The translations under genes and the position numbers were made by a program. The notes under the pieces were generated by a model that saw only the letters and a program-made list of their open reading frames with translations, was not told the origin of the DNA and did not search any database. Positions 40,369 to 54,797 of a stretch of 64,000 nt of DNA are shown one piece after another. Every line of letters begins with the position of its first letter. Positions within the stretch are counted from its first letter, which is position 1. The stretch comes from Octopus vulgaris (Eukaryota), in NCBI GenBank assembly GCA_951406725.2, contig OX597824.1:86304001-86368000 (forward strand), read 5' to 3'.

Positions 40369-41429
40369 AGTGCATAAAGATTTATACACAGAGAGAAGGC
40401 CCTTCACAGGACTTCAACCTGCTGAGAAATATTCATAATGTATACAGAAATGACTCATAGTGGCCCTTGGAATGTTTAATAGTTCAGTTACAATAGTATC
40501 CCTAAAGTCACTACCTTCGTTACCATCACCACCAGCAAAAACTAATATAAATAAAAGTAAAAAAAAAAGACAAAAAGAAAACCAGCCAAAACCAAAAATG
40601 ACATTTTATGGTCCCCGCCCATAACCTGTCACTAGATACTGAATTTTATCTGTTGTTCGAAATACAATGAATTCATTCTATTTCAATATATTGTGACCTA
40701 ATTTTTCGTTGTCAACAGAACTGGCTGGTTTTCGACTCTCCAAATATCATTATGAAGCTTGAAGAAAGAAGAAAAAAAAAAAAAGAATTGGCATTCTTCA
40801 GTTTATGATGCAAATAAAGTTATGAAAAAAAATATTTCTGTGCCTGGAAATGATTCACCTCACTTTTCAAAATGTCTTCTGGTGGGTGGGCGAACCTTAT
40901 GTGGTAACTTTACCTGCTAGAAACAACAACCAAATTTCCCTCAAATCATTTTCTGCATGATATAGTCCTAGACACTCTGAAGAAAATGGCAGAACAACCA
41001 AAGCTGGAACCCGTTTCGTCATCATAGGTTTGCTCGATCAAAGCTGACTTGGAGCTAAATAATATCTTCCTTCTTGTGTAAAGATTTTCTCTAGATCAAA
41101 GCCAAGTCAGAATTTCAAAGAAAAATACTGCAACTTCTATAGAGATTAACTGCAATAAATTTACTAAGGAGTAAAAGCAATCAATTATTTCTTTTTCATA
41201 CTTTAGAAGAGGAAGGGCACATACAAGGCTTCCAAAACTGGTGAACAGTAAACAAGGAGACATCTAGAAAGCAAGCTACAGTGGTATGGTCAAAGTACCT
41301 GCAGAGGATAGTGAGGGCAAAGACAGATGGGCAAAGATTAGAAGCCAAAAGTTGTTTGGAAGTGCAGTACTGAAGAAGATGAGGAGCAAGAGAAAGAGAC
41401 TAATGGTGGAAGAAGAGTTCCAGTTTATT

Positions 41430-42115
41430 ACCTGATAAGAAGTGCCACTCCCAAACAGTTGAAGGAAACCGGTGGGGAGAGGTAGACCCAGGAAGACATG
41501 GGATGAGGTGGTCAAGTATGACCTTCAAACGCTGGGCCTCACAGAGGCAATGATGAAAGACCGAGATCTCTGGAGATATGCTGTGACTGCAAAGACCCGA
41601 CAAATAACGTGAGTTCATGGCTGTTTCCTGCACCAGCTTCACATAGCAGCCCCAGCCCATCCAAAGTGTCTTGGGTCGCAGAACAACCTGCTGTGCTTAC
41701 CTTGGATCATAGGGCGACCTGCTGTGTTTGAGGAGACCTATTGAGTCAAGTACATCAACATCAAAATAAAAATCAAATGGAAATTGTTGTGATACCTGTG
41801 CCAGTGGTATGTAAAAAGCACCATCCAAACGTGGCCGATGCCAGTGCCGCCTTGACTGGCTTCCGTGTTGGTGGCATGTAAAAAGCACTATCCAATCATG
41901 GCTGTTGCCAGCCTCCCCTGGCACCTGTGCCGGTGGCACGTAAAAAGCACCCACTACACTCACGGAGTGGTCGGGGTTAGGAAGGGCATCCAGCTGTAGA
42001 AACATTGCCAGATCAGACTGGAGCCTGGTGTAGCTTCCTGGCTTCCCAGATCTCAGTTGAACCATGCAACCCATGCTAGCACAGAAAATGGATGTTAAAC
42101 GATGATGATGATGAA
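41430..42115 (+). mobile_element. RTE LINE 3' end with (GAT)n-tailed 3' UTR/SINE; inverted relative at ~44400-44960
   Basis: GRPRKTWDEVVKYDLQTLGLTEAMMKDRDLWR followed by the shared 3' tail. Confidence 0.75.
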
Positions 42116-45100
42116 TCTGTAGTCCAGGCTGGTATAAGGGGCTAAAAACCCTATAGAGCTGTTTCACTGTCTGATGAGACATCAACTCCTGATATGGAGA
42201 TAGAGTAGAGCAGAACCCTTAGCAGACATGTGTTTACTCTCAATGACTTTTGGGCTGTTGATAGAGTAAGAAGCAGAGCAGCTCAAGTTTTCCTTTGATT
42301 GGAGACCTGGTCAGAGTCTGAACTGCTTGCAAACAGACTGATCTCAGTTAAAAGCAGCACAAATCCACGTTATTGTGTTAAACCAGGTGATAGCTTAAGA
42401 CAATAGTTAAATCACAGCCATCGTTTTATTTAGGACAGTGGTGGACTATCATAGTTTTGATGAATGACAGTTCAACAGGACACAGCTGCAAAGTCTGTGG
42501 TAAACAACCATCACTGTATGGCCACCTGTGCACAGGGTCAAAGTCGATGACTTCCAGTAGCACTCTCCATCTATCTCTGTCACCACCACCCCTATCACCA
42601 CTGGACTTAGCAAGAAATTGTGAAGACGTTAATGTTGGTGACTTGGTTTGAAGAACGACCAGCATGATGGATATTATTGTCATGGTCTGTGCAGAGCAAG
42701 TCCCACTCTCTCATCCTTCAAACCTGTATTGGTTTGGTGTAACAAGTACCACAATCCAGTAATTATCAGGATATGGGGCTTGTATGGAGTTACCTTCTCT
42801 TAGGTGGGCAGCAAAAGAGCTGAAGGGTCTCGTCTACCCAGGGTTCATTGGGATGTCTGTGAGTGGCCTTCCTGAAGCAACTCTGTGACATGCTAATTAA
42901 CCCATAGTTGGGACCCTACCCCAGATCAGAGTAGACCTGGAGGCAATAGTTATTAAGAGGTGGTTCTACACTCCTTAAAATCCTACTGGTTGTAGTTTAA
43001 CTCTTTAGCATTTAAACTAACCATATCCAGCTCAGATATTCAGATGTTTAAATAGGGAAAATCCAGCTCATGATACCTATCCAACAGTATGATTCTAAAA
43101 ATAAACAATCACATCATCAAAATCTCAACACTACAAGATAATGCATGATTAATTCAAAACAATGTGAATAAATAAACATTACATTTGACAGAACAATTTA
43201 AATGCTAAAGAGTTGAAGACATTGTCAGAACAATTTTTAGAACAGTACTGTCAAGATAAGGAGGATTGTGAGGTACTAGTTCCTAATTTTGTTAATCATC
43301 TAACCTCAATAATTCTTTCTAATTTTGGCACAATGCCAGCAATTTTTAAGGGTAGGAGGAAATTGGTTACATCAGCTCCAGTACTAGACTGCCAGCTTGC
43401 TGCCTTCTACTCATGAATATCATTATCATCATTTAACATCTGCTGTCCATGTTGGCATGGGTTGGATGATTGGACCAGAGCTGGCAAGCTGAGGAGCTGT
43501 GTCAGACTCCAGTCTGACTTGGCATGGTTTCTACGGCTGGACACCCTTCTTAACACCAATCCCTTTACGTTATGCTGGGTGTGTTTACGTGGCACTGCAC
43601 AAGTACTTTTCTGTGGAACTACCGCAAGTACTTTTCACCACCAGAGGGACAGGTCTTAACACTTACTCTGCTGTGGAGTACGGGTCTTCACGAGTACAGC
43701 AAGGTGACAGGCATCTAACTGTTTCTAGTTAAAGAGGTAGATGGCCTGAAATTTTAGAAGGTGTTAGTTGATGAAATTAACCCCTGGAATTGATTGGTAC
43801 TTTATTTTGCCAATTATAGAAAGAAAAAAAAAGACAAATCTGACCTCAGTTGAGTTTGAACTCAGAATGTAAAAAAGTGGAAAAAATACTACAGAGTATT
43901 TTGTCCAATGCTCTAATGATTCTGCCATTCCACTGCCCCAATAACAATAAGTGCTTCAAAGTTTGGTATAAGATCAGCAATTTTTTAGGGGGACGGTGGG
44001 GGTTAATTGATTACATCAACTCCAATATTTGACAGGTACTTTATTTTATTGACTTCTCAGGATGAGTGGTGAAGTTGACCTTGGTCAGATTTGAACTCAG
44101 AACATAGACAGCTGGAAGAAATGCTGCTAAGTATCTTGTCCAATCTTGCCAGCTTGCCCCCTTAATAATTTTTTATAGACACAAAGCAAGTCACTGAAGA
44201 TCAACTACAGTGCTTGACTAGAGCTTATTTTACCAGTCTCAAAAGGGTGAAAGGTAAAGTTGGCCTAAGTAGAATCTGAACTCCGAATGGAAAATAAGTA
44301 AATGCCGCACTCCACTTTTGTCACTCCCTCATAATAACAACAACATTCAAAATCACAAAAAGTCAGTAATCTGAACTCATATTCACATTGACATCAATTC
44401 ATCATCATCATCATCATCGTTTAACATCCATTTTCCATGCTAGCATGGGTTGGACGGTTCGACAGGGGTCTGGGAAGCCAGGAGGCTACACCAGGCTCCA
44501 GTCTGCTCTGGCAGTGTTTCTACAGTTGCATGCCCTTCCTAACACCAACCACTCCATGAATATAGTGGGTGCTTTTTATGTGCCACCGGCACAGGTGCCA
44601 GGGGAGATTGGCAACGGCCACAATCGGTTGGTGCTTTTTACGTGCCACCAGCACGAAAGCCAATCAAGGCGGCGCTGGCATCGGCCATGTTCGGATGGTG
44701 CTTTTTACATGCCACCAGCATGGGTATCACCACTGTAATTTCCATTTGATTTTTATTTTGATGTTAATGTACTTGACTCAGTCGGTCTCCTCAAGCACAG
44801 CAGATCACCCTACAATCCAAGGTAAGCACAGCAGGCCGTCCTGCAATCCAAGATTCTTTGGATGGGCTAGGGCTGCTATGTGAAGCTGGTGCAGGAAACA
44901 GCCATGAACTCACGTTATTTATCGGGTCTTCACAGTCACAGCATATCTCCAGAGATCTCAGTCAATCAACCCCAAAAGGATGAAAGATCAAGTCAACCCT
45001 GGTGGTATTTGAACTCAGAATGTAAACAGCTGGAAGAAATGTCACTAAACATTTTGTCCATCCTGGTAACAATTCTTCCAACATGTCACCTTAATAATAA

Positions 45101-45213
45101 TGGCAATAACAATTACGTTGACCCCAGGGCTCTACTGGTATTTATTTTATCAACTCTGAAAGACAAAGTTATCCTCGGCAGAATTTGAACTCAGAACATG
45201 AAGACAGATGAAA

Positions 45214-45595
45214 TGTCTAGCGGTGCAAACAGCCAGCGCCATATTGGATGAGATCTCACAGCAGCCATTGCCATCTCTGAGACTGGAGCTAGACCTCACC
45301 TGCACCCATTTTGCCATGCACGAGATCACGAGGCTCGCGATGGAGAAAACTATATAAACAGGAAACCGATTCAGACCAGCCTCTTTTGGTGCCATTTACA
45401 CAGCAGCATTGGCTGAACACCAACACTGGCTGAGCCTTCTGCCTGTCTATCTCCAGTGGCTATGCACCCACACTATCGGAGCTTGAGATGGTAGCTGAGA
45501 GCAGCACACTTCACCCTTTCCTGTAAATAAACCAGTTGTAAATAGCATTTATGCTTGAAGTCTTTTCTCTTTGCCTGCTGAAAGCCTGAACTGCA
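45214..45595 (+). mobile_element. Possible solo LTR
   Basis: TG...CA block with tatataaa and aataaa; no target duplication seen. Confidence 0.25.
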
Positions 45596-46524
45596 TAAAG
45601 AACAAGAAAGAGATGATGGAAGAAGATGATAATCCTCAGATATCAGGCCGACGAGCTGGCAGAATCGTTAGCACGCCGGGCGAAATGCTTAGTAGTATTT
45701 CGTCTGCGGTTACGTTCTGGGTTCAAATTCCGCCGAGGTCGACTTTGCCTTTCATCCTTTTGGGGTCGATGAAATAAGTACCAGTTACGCACTGGGGTCG
45801 ATATAATCGACTTAATTCGTTTGTATGTACTTGTTTGTCCACTCTGTGTTTAGCCCCTTGTGGGTAGTAAAGAAATAGATACTCCTCAGATATCATAAAC
45901 CTTGCCTTCCATTACTAAAAATGCTACTAGAAATTTTGTCTGGTACAATAATAATTGTGCCTTACATCATCATCATTTAACATCCGTTTTCCATGCTGGC
46001 ATGGGTTGGACAGTTTGGCAAGGAGCTGGCGATTCTGAGAGCCACAATTAAAAATTAATATGCTTAGAACAACTGCCCCATGCAATTAGTAACCAGAATC
46101 AACATTGATTCTCATCTGCTCACTTCATATTATATGGCTTTAACTTAGTGCTTCAAAAATTCAAGCACCCTAAAATGAACCGATTTCCAGATAAGGCGGG
46201 AAAAAAAAAGAAAAAATTAAAGAAAAGGTAAAACCTAGTGCCTGAGAAAACAAGTTATGATGTCAGTGGGTCAAACAAAACAAAAAGAAAGCAGTGAAAA
46301 ATTTGTAATACAAGATTAAATTTTCGTGCCAAGGGAACAAGTAAGTTTCGACTCAGATTTTGAGCAGTGAAGTGGCCAGCTGTAAATGGAAGTAATTTCC
46401 ACTCAGAATTTAAATGTGGCAAATAGCTTAAAATAGAAAAGAAAGAGGCCATTTCCTTTTCATTTGTTCATTGTGGGACAGCGAGTCAATAAGTAGTCAT
46501 TAGAAAGACAAACAAATCCAACTG

Positions 46525-46596
46525 TATATATATATATATCTACATACATCCATGCATGTATATATATACAAACACAGGCAGACAAACACACACGTT

Positions 46597-46628
<32 letters not shown>

Positions 46629-46881
46629 CCTACATACATCCATGTATACAAATACACATGCATGCATGTATATATACACACACAGGCAGACAAACACACA
46701 CGTTTATATATATATATATATATATATATATGCCAACATACATCCATGTATACAAATACACATGCATGCATGTATATATACAAACACAGGCAGACAAACA
46801 CACACGTTTATACACACACACTCACATGCATACAAACTCACACATACATATGTTTATATATACACACATATATCAATACAA

Positions 46882-46922
<41 letters not shown>

Positions 46923-47120
46923 CCTATACACACATGCATACAACACACACGTATGTATGTCTACATACACACACACACACAGATGTATGTGTATGTATAT
47001 ATACATACATACATACATACACACACACATGTGCATACAAACACACACATCTGTTATATATATACATAGACACACGTATGTATATATACATATGCTTACT
47101 TATATACATACACACACACA

Positions 47121-47159
<39 letters not shown>

Positions 47160-47192
47160 ATATGCTTACATGTACACACACACACATACATA
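46525..47192. repeat. Compound (TA)/(CA) microsatellite with ~110-bp higher-order duplication
   Basis: direct. Confidence 0.95.
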
Positions 47193-47755
47193 CATGGAAT
47201 CATCTATTTGGCAAAGTAGATAGATAATTTACTAACAATTAGGTAATTGAAAGAATGTCCGTGTTATTTTTATACTTATTTATCTATCTATTTCTTTTTA
47301 CTTATTTATTTATTTATGTATTTCTTTATTTTATATTTATGTTTTACTTGCAGCCAAAAGTAGATTAGCAAATGAAATATTAAAACAATTATGTTCCTGA
47401 GAATTCCAAGGTCAAGACAAGCTACTAATTTAACTAATGAAACTGTACTAATAAAATACTAATGAAGAACAATACTTTTATTTTATTTTTATTTTATTTC
47501 CTTTTGTTTGTAATAACTGTCTCGGATCTTGATATGATTCTTTATTAAGCCTTACAAGATTGCAACAGATAGTTTTTTTTTTTCTTTATAGGAGTGGCTG
47601 TGTGGTAAGTAGCTTGCTTACCAACCACATGGTTCCAGGTTCAGTCCCACTGCATGGCATCTTGGGCAAATGTCTTCTGCTATAGTCCCGGGCCGACCAA
47701 TGCCTTGTGAGTGGATTTGGTAGACGGAAACTGAAAGAAGCCTGTCGTTTATATG

Positions 47756-47786
<31 letters not shown>

Positions 47787-48164
47787 GTTTGTGTGTCTGT
47801 GTTTGTCCCTCTAGCATTGCTTGACAACTAATGCTGGTGTGTTTACGTCCCCGTCACTAAGCGGTTTGACAAAAGAGACCGATAGAATAAGTACTGGGCT
47901 TACAAAGAATAAGTCCTGAGGTCGATTTGCTTGACTAAAGGTGGTACTCCAGCATGGCCGCAGTCAAATGACTGAAACAAGTAAAAGAGTAAAGAGTATA
48001 CCGTAAATCCTCGAGTATAGTCCGCCCTTGAGTATAATACGCAGGGGATTTTAGGGGGCTATACCTCTTAAAAACCTAAACCTTGTGTATAATACGCACC
48101 CTTTCTCTAACTTCTTAACTACCGTAAATCCTCGAGTATAATCCACATTTTTTCCCCAAAAGTT

Positions 48165-49520
48165 TCTTTGGTCTCATGACTGGATCGAACTGATTAGATT
48201 TGGGGATCAACCTAGTACCGGACAATGATTCTGGATTATTCATTCTGGTTTTTTTTTTACTTAACTTTTAAGAGCAGTCGAGTTTATTTCAGATATTCTC
48301 ATTTTAAAAATCATCTCTGGCTAATCGTTGAAAGGACATTGGTGTTGCCTTGGCGAAGGTTTGTGCTATCTCAATGCTCTTATTACCGGAGAGTATTGTA
48401 GTTTGCTTGAAGCATTGTGTATTGTTTGTAAAGAATAAAAAGTTTTGAATGGTACAACAATGCACTATAATACAGACAATCATCATCATCATCGTTTAAT
48501 GTCCGTTTTCCGTGCTAGCACGAGTTGGACGGTTCGACCGGGGTCTGGGAAGCCAGGGGCTGCACCAGGTCCAGTCTGATCTGGCAGTGTTTCTACAGCT
48601 GGATGCCCTTCCTAACGCCAACCACTCTGCGAGTGTAGTGGGTGCTTTTTACGTGCCAGGGGTGTCTGGCATTGGCCACGATCGGTTGGTACTTTTAACG
48701 TGCCACCGGCACGGAATACAGTCAAGGCCGGTGGCACGTTGAAAGCACCAACCGATCGTGGCCAATGCCAGACTCCCCTGGGCTATAATAACTGTTGTAA
48801 TTTAGTCATCCATAGTCTGATATGATATTTCGGAATAATATTCCTTCTTCAGATATTCTTACATGGAGTCGCTGCTATAAATTGGTTTTCTAACGGCTTT
48901 TCTTTTTTATTTCGTGGAAGTGTCTCAGCAGTGGTTTCATGATGCTCCTTCCAGAATTCCTCATGGGAAGTGTGTGAGGTTGACCATGTCTCAATCTCAT
49001 GTGTGCTGGTACATCTGTAGCACTGCTTCTAAGTTACGTATTAAACGTGAAGCTTCCTTTTTTTCTCTCTATTCTCTCCTTTTTTTTTTATTATAAACTA
49101 CAGATGAGCATATTATCAAAAATGAACCTACACACATCCAGATGTATCTAAATAATGTATTGATTACCAGCCTCCATCCTGTTAATTTGGAGCCCTAGTC
49201 AGTGTATGAGTATAGCTTCCTTAATCCTTACATTACCCAAATTTCTTTCATTGGCCTCAATTTTGACTGTTATGCTTTTGTCAGTGTTCCGGCATCTGTC
49301 TAGATGTTTTCTGAAGGAGGAAGCGCTCGTGTTCAGATGTTCTTTGATGCAGACGTGTAACGGTCTTGTTGTACTACCCACATAGAACTTGTTGCATTTA
49401 TTACATTGTATTCTATACACAACATTTACCCATTGGCATAAATCTGTGTCACAGATGGGACAGTTTGTTGGTGTACATTGATTGTTATCTCTTGTTCGTT
49501 TCTTAGTGAGGTTGCCCTTG
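48165..49520 (-). mobile_element. Degenerate Penelope-like element: GIY-YIG endonuclease fragment plus decayed downstream sequence, interrupted by a SINE at ~48480-48780
   Basis: VYRIQCNKCNKFYVGSTTRPLHVCIKEH...IKEAILI at 49199-49430. Confidence 0.75.
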
Positions 49521-50340
49521 TAGGTAAAATTATTTTTCAGGGGTGATAAATTAAGAATCAGTTACGCACTGGGGTTGATGTAATCAACTAGACCCCCTCC
49601 CCTCAAATTTCAGGCCTTGTGCTTCCATTAGAAAGGATTATTATTATTATCATTAGTAAGACGGCAAGCTGGCAGAATCGTTAGCATGGTAGATGGAATG
49701 CTTAGCAGTATTTCATGCATCGCTATGTTCTGAGTTCAAATTCCTTTGAGGTCAACTTTATCTTTCATCCTTTAGGAGGGTCGATGTAAATGACTCCTCC
49801 CCTCCCCCACAATTGCTGCCCTTGTGGGTAAAATTTGAAATCATCATCATCATTATTATTAAGGTGATGAGCTGGCAGAATCATTAGAATCAATGCTTAG
49901 CGGTATTTCACCTGTAGCTACATTCTGAGTTCAAATTCTGCAGAGGTTGACTTTGCCTTTCATCCTTTCAGGGTCAATAAATTAAGTACCAGTGAAATAC
50001 TGGGGTTGATGTAATCAACTAGTACCTTCCCCACCAAAATTTCAGGCCTTGTATCAATATTAGAAAGGATTATTATTATTATTATTATTATTATTATAAG
50101 GGCAGCAAGCTGGCAGAATTGTTAGCAGGCTGGGCAAAATGCTTAGGGGGTACTGCATCTGTCCTTGCATTCCGTGTTCAAATTCCACTGAGGTTGACTG
50201 TGCCTTTCATCCTCTTGGTGCCAATAAAATATGCAGCAGCTGAGTACTAGAGTCGATGTAATTGATTTATCCTCCCCTCATCAAAAAAAATTGCTGGCCT
50301 TGTGCCAAAACTTGAAATCATCGTCATCATCGTTATTATT

Positions 50341-50371
<31 letters not shown>

Positions 50372-50618
50372 TCATTATTATTATTAAAGCAGCAAGCTGG
50401 CAGAATTGTTAGCACACTGGATGAAATACTTAGCAGGATTTTGCCTGTTGCTCTGTGCTGAGTTCAAATTCCGCCATGGTTGAATTTGCTTATCCTTTCG
50501 GGGTCAATAAATTAAGTACCCATAAAACACTGAGGTTGATGTAATCAACCAATCCCCTCCAGCCAAATTTCAGACCTTGTACCTTTAGTAAAAAGGATTA
50601 TTATTATTATTATTATTA

Positions 50619-51440
50619 TCTCTCTCTATATAAACGGCAGTTTGTCTGTCTGTGTGTCTGTCAGGTTGTACCCTCACCCTGACCACGGCTTTCAACCGAT
50701 TCTGATGAAACTTGACACACGCATAGCCCAATGTCATAATTCAAAACTAACGCAGCGAAAATTTTGAAAAGTTCCCCCAGTTCTGAAAAAATCGATAAAT
50801 TCGACATGGGGTCGAGAATCTAAGCTTTTTATATGCAACACATTTGCTGTTGTAGTTTTCGCAACTTGCAATCGATTTTCACCAAACTCATGGTGAAGCT
50901 TAATGTTACCTTAAGAAACTTAATTCTTATGTTAGTTTTCCATGTAATACCTTACCATCAGAAAAAAATCGATAAAATCATGCCATTTTGGGAAATCGCG
51001 TTCAAATTCAAGATGACATATTTTCGACAATATCTTTCACAAATTGGCAGGAATTTTATTTTTAATTCACAACGAGCATCATCTCTGCTCCAAGGAGCTA
51101 TATGGCCCTTTTTATTCCAATAGGATACTTTATAACTGGAAAAAAATCGGTTAATTAAATCATATGTAGCACACATAGCAAACCGATTTGTGAATTAAAC
51201 ACAAACCACAGACTGTCTAGGGGACGCAACTTGACCTTTTTAACTGTCTTGGGAGGCGCAATGATGTTTTCATGTTTTCGCCCAAAGGGACAGCTAGGAA
51301 CATCGTATACAGAGAAGTATTCGAGTGAAGAGAAGACATTGCAACCTACACATGCGCCTTTGTTCCCAAGAGGGAAAGGACTAGATTGGGATTAGTCGTT
51401 GCCTACTAGGGGCTCTTACATACCTGGGCTATGCTACTAG
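50619..51440 (+). mobile_element. Second non-autonomous Helitron family
   Basis: a|TC start, (ctgt)n and ccgattctgatgaaactt motif, CTAG|t end. Confidence 0.6.
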
Positions 51441-51659
51441 TTATTATTAATGTGGTGAGTCAGGAGAATCATTCGGACACCGGAGAAAATGTTTTGCAGC
51501 ATTTTGCTGATTTTTACATTCTGAGTTTGAATTCCACAGAGATTGACTTTCATCCTTTTGGCATTGTTTAAAATAAGTACCAGTTGCATACTGGGGATTC
51601 AATGTAATTAACTACCCCCCCCTCTCCCAAAAATCAGGCCTCGCGCTTATAACAGAAGG

Positions 51660-52248
51660 ACGACCACCAATACCACCCACACCTACTACTACTACCAACA
51701 CCATTACCACCACTTACTACTACTAATACCACCACCACCACTACTACGACCACCACCACTACTACTACTACCACCACCACTACTAATACCACCACCACCA
51801 CTACTACGACCACCACCACTACTACTACTACCACCACCACCACTACTAATACCACCACCACCACTACTAATACCACCACCACCACTACTACGACCACCAC
51901 CACTACTACTACCACCACCACCACCACTACTATTACCACCACCACCACTACCACTACTAATACCACCACCACTAATACCACCACTACCACTACTAATACC
52001 ACCACCACTACTAATATCCCCACCACCACTACCACTACTACCACCACTATTAATACCATCACCACCACTACCACTACTACCACCACCACCACTACTAATA
52101 CCACCACCACTACTAATACTACTACCACCAACACCACCACCACTAATACCACCACCACTACTAATACTACCACCACTACTAATACCACCACCACTACTAC
52201 TACCACCACCACCACTACTAATACCACCACCAATACCACTACTACTAC
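51660..52248. repeat. (ACC)/(ACT) trinucleotide array
   Basis: direct. Confidence 0.97.
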
Positions 52249-52408
52249 TGTGTTGTGTAGGCAAAGATGTTAGCACAGCAGCATGACAGGTACATAAAGT
52301 TGCTTTACAAGAGAGAGATCCAAGAGTGCTGACATTCTTAAAATCTATATTTCCTCCATTCATATCTGTCCACCAAATATTAGTTATTGATCTGGCTGAT
52401 ACAAAATT

Positions 52409-52490
52409 TCATTTCATTTTTCTATTTGTTTTTCCGAGCTTCCATTCGTAACCATAGTAACTATACAGGTGTCCTGGTAATGTGTGTGAG
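52409..52490 (-). CDS. Candidate terminal exon of the unidentified gene ([26 protein letters not shown])
   Basis: strong cctttccccttcctag acceptor; phase 2 start matches the microexon; TGA at 52409-52411. Confidence 0.55.
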
Positions 52491-52512
52491 CTAGGAAGGG
52501 GAAAGGATTTTA

Positions 52513-52627
52513 ATATATATATATATATATATGTATGTATATGTATATATGTATATGTATATATATATATGTATATGTATATATATGTATATATATATAG
52601 GTATATATATGTATGCATATATGTATG

Positions 52628-52658
<31 letters not shown>

Positions 52659-52861
52659 GTATATGTATATATATATGTATATATATATGTATGTATGTAT
52701 GTATATATATGTGTGTATATATATATGTGTGTATATATATATATATATGTGTATATATATGTGTGTATATATATATGTATATATATATGTGTATATATGT
52801 GTATATATATGTGTATATATATGTGTATATATATGTGTGTATATATATGTATATATATATA

Positions 52862-52892
<31 letters not shown>

Positions 52893-52907
52893 GTGTGTAT
52901 ATATATG

Positions 52908-52941
<34 letters not shown>

Positions 52942-53090
52942 TATTGTGTATATATTATATATATATATGTATATATGTATATATATATATGTATGTATAT
53001 ATATATATGTATGTATATATATATATGTGTGTGTATATATATATATGTGTGTGTGTATATATATATATATGTGTGTGTATATATATATTA
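52513..53090. repeat. (TA)/(TG) microsatellite
   Basis: direct. Confidence 0.98.
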
Positions 53091-53378
53091 CATGATTATA
53101 TGCACATAAATCTTTTAACTTGTTTCGGTTATTGAACTTACAGCCATGCTTGAGAGATCAGCATGAATGGTTTTTAGTCAAACAAATGAATCCTGGGAAG
53201 TGGGGGGGGGGGGGGGCAGTTTATTTTTAAAATCTGGTTCTTACTCAATCATCTCAGTCCCCCTTTACTGATCAGGTTAAGGGCACCTAAACAAACTAAC
53301 ATCTCTTGTCAAACGGTGGAGTGGTGGGGGAAGGAGCAGGAAGGGAGACAAACATAAACACAAAGACAAGCACATAAT

Positions 53379-53419
<41 letters not shown>

Positions 53420-53609
53420 TCTCTTTTACTTGTTTCAGTCATTTGACTGTGGCCATGCTGGAGCACCACCTTTAGTCGAGCAAATCGACCCCAGGACTTA
53501 TTCTTTGTAAGCCTAGTACGTATTCTATCGGTCTCTTTTGCCGAACCACTAAGTTACGGGGACATAAACACACCAGCATCGGTTGTCAAGCGATGTTGGG
53601 AGGACAAAC

Positions 53610-53656
<47 letters not shown>

Positions 53657-53851
53657 TACGACGGGCTTCTTTCAGTTTCCATCTACCAAATCCACTCATA
53701 AGGCTTTGGTCGGCCCGAGGCTATAGTAGAAGACACTTGCCCAAGGTGCCACGTAGTGGGACTGAACCCTGAACCATGTGGTTGGTAAGCAAGCTACTTA
53801 CCACACAGCCACTCCTACACCTATATATATATATATATATACATATATATA

Positions 53852-54238
53852 TCTTTATATATAAAAGAGAGGTTGTGTGCTGTCTGTCTCCTACGATTTA
53901 GATTCCTAACTACTCCCACATCTTGCGGTGCAGTTTAACCAAAACCGGGTATCTTATAGTCGTGATTCATATCGAGCCCTTCTGGGTATTAGCACGAGTC
54001 TACAATTTAAAAAAAAATTTACCATCAATTTTTCACATTTTTAATGCATTTTTGGCATATATAAGGGAAGTAACTCTCTAAAAATGTATTATTAAATCTC
54101 AGAACGTAAAAAGCTACAGTAACACCCCCCCCCCTTGTGGTTAGCCATATTGAGATGGCTATTATACTTTACATCTCTAAAAATGCTTATGTAGTTATTT
54201 CCCTTACAAACCCGAGCAACGCCGGGCGATACTGCTAG
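53852..54238 (+). mobile_element. Non-autonomous Helitron (same family)
   Basis: TC...cccgagcaacgccgggcgatactgCTAG|t. Confidence 0.8.
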
Positions 54239-54269
<31 letters not shown>

Positions 54270-54280
54270 ATGGGTTCTCT

Positions 54281-54797
54281 TGTCGTGAACGACATATAAG
54301 GGTTCAATAAAATAATGTCATCACAAGTACAAGTACACACACACTGGTTATAGTAACACTAAGTTTAGTAGAAAGAAGGTAAGCAACTTTTTTTGTGCTT
54401 TACATAAATTCCCCAAAGTCCATCCCCTCCTGCGTCCCCAAAGTCCATCCCCTCCTCACCGTGGTGGGGATGCTGGCAACGGGTAGTGTCAGAGCTATGC
54501 CGTCGGGAACTTCGGTTCCTGGTAGGGCCACTCAAGGTGGATTGGTCTGACACCGAGTGGTATTAGGGCCACAACCCGGCAGACGGGGCTCTGGTGAAAA
54601 ATCCTCGGAGTGTCTGCTTCGGCAACCAGCAGCTCCTCGGTCGTTCTGTCCCTGTGTCTGCGGACAATCTGCGGCAAACAGGATGTCTCCACATGCAGGA
54701 TTGTTGGGGACCGCTTGTGAAATCCACATATTCCCACAAAACTTCTTCCATGAGTAGAAGAAGCTGACTCAACCCGCCCAGGGTGAATGTTGCCACA
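54281..54797. mobile_element. Possible solo LTR
   Basis: GC-richer unique block bounded by TGT...ACA; no target duplication seen. Confidence 0.3.

Noticed and set aside
42780-42990. Possible RTE 5' UTR/HDV-like ribozyme remnant (similar block near 10140-10195)
   Set aside because: Too degenerate to assign the nested pseudoknot by eye
46124-46169. Possible DUF547 start exon ending ATG AA|GTGAGC (phase 2)
   Set aside because: Phase-compatible but too short to distinguish from chance; needs transcript evidence
51704-52363. 219-aa Gly/Ser-rich ORF with a GTAAGT donor near 51717
   Set aside because: Mostly an (ACC/ACT)n array starting 46 nt after the candidate stop at 52409; its phase-1 end does not fit the DUF547 exon; probably 3' UTR, though not excluded
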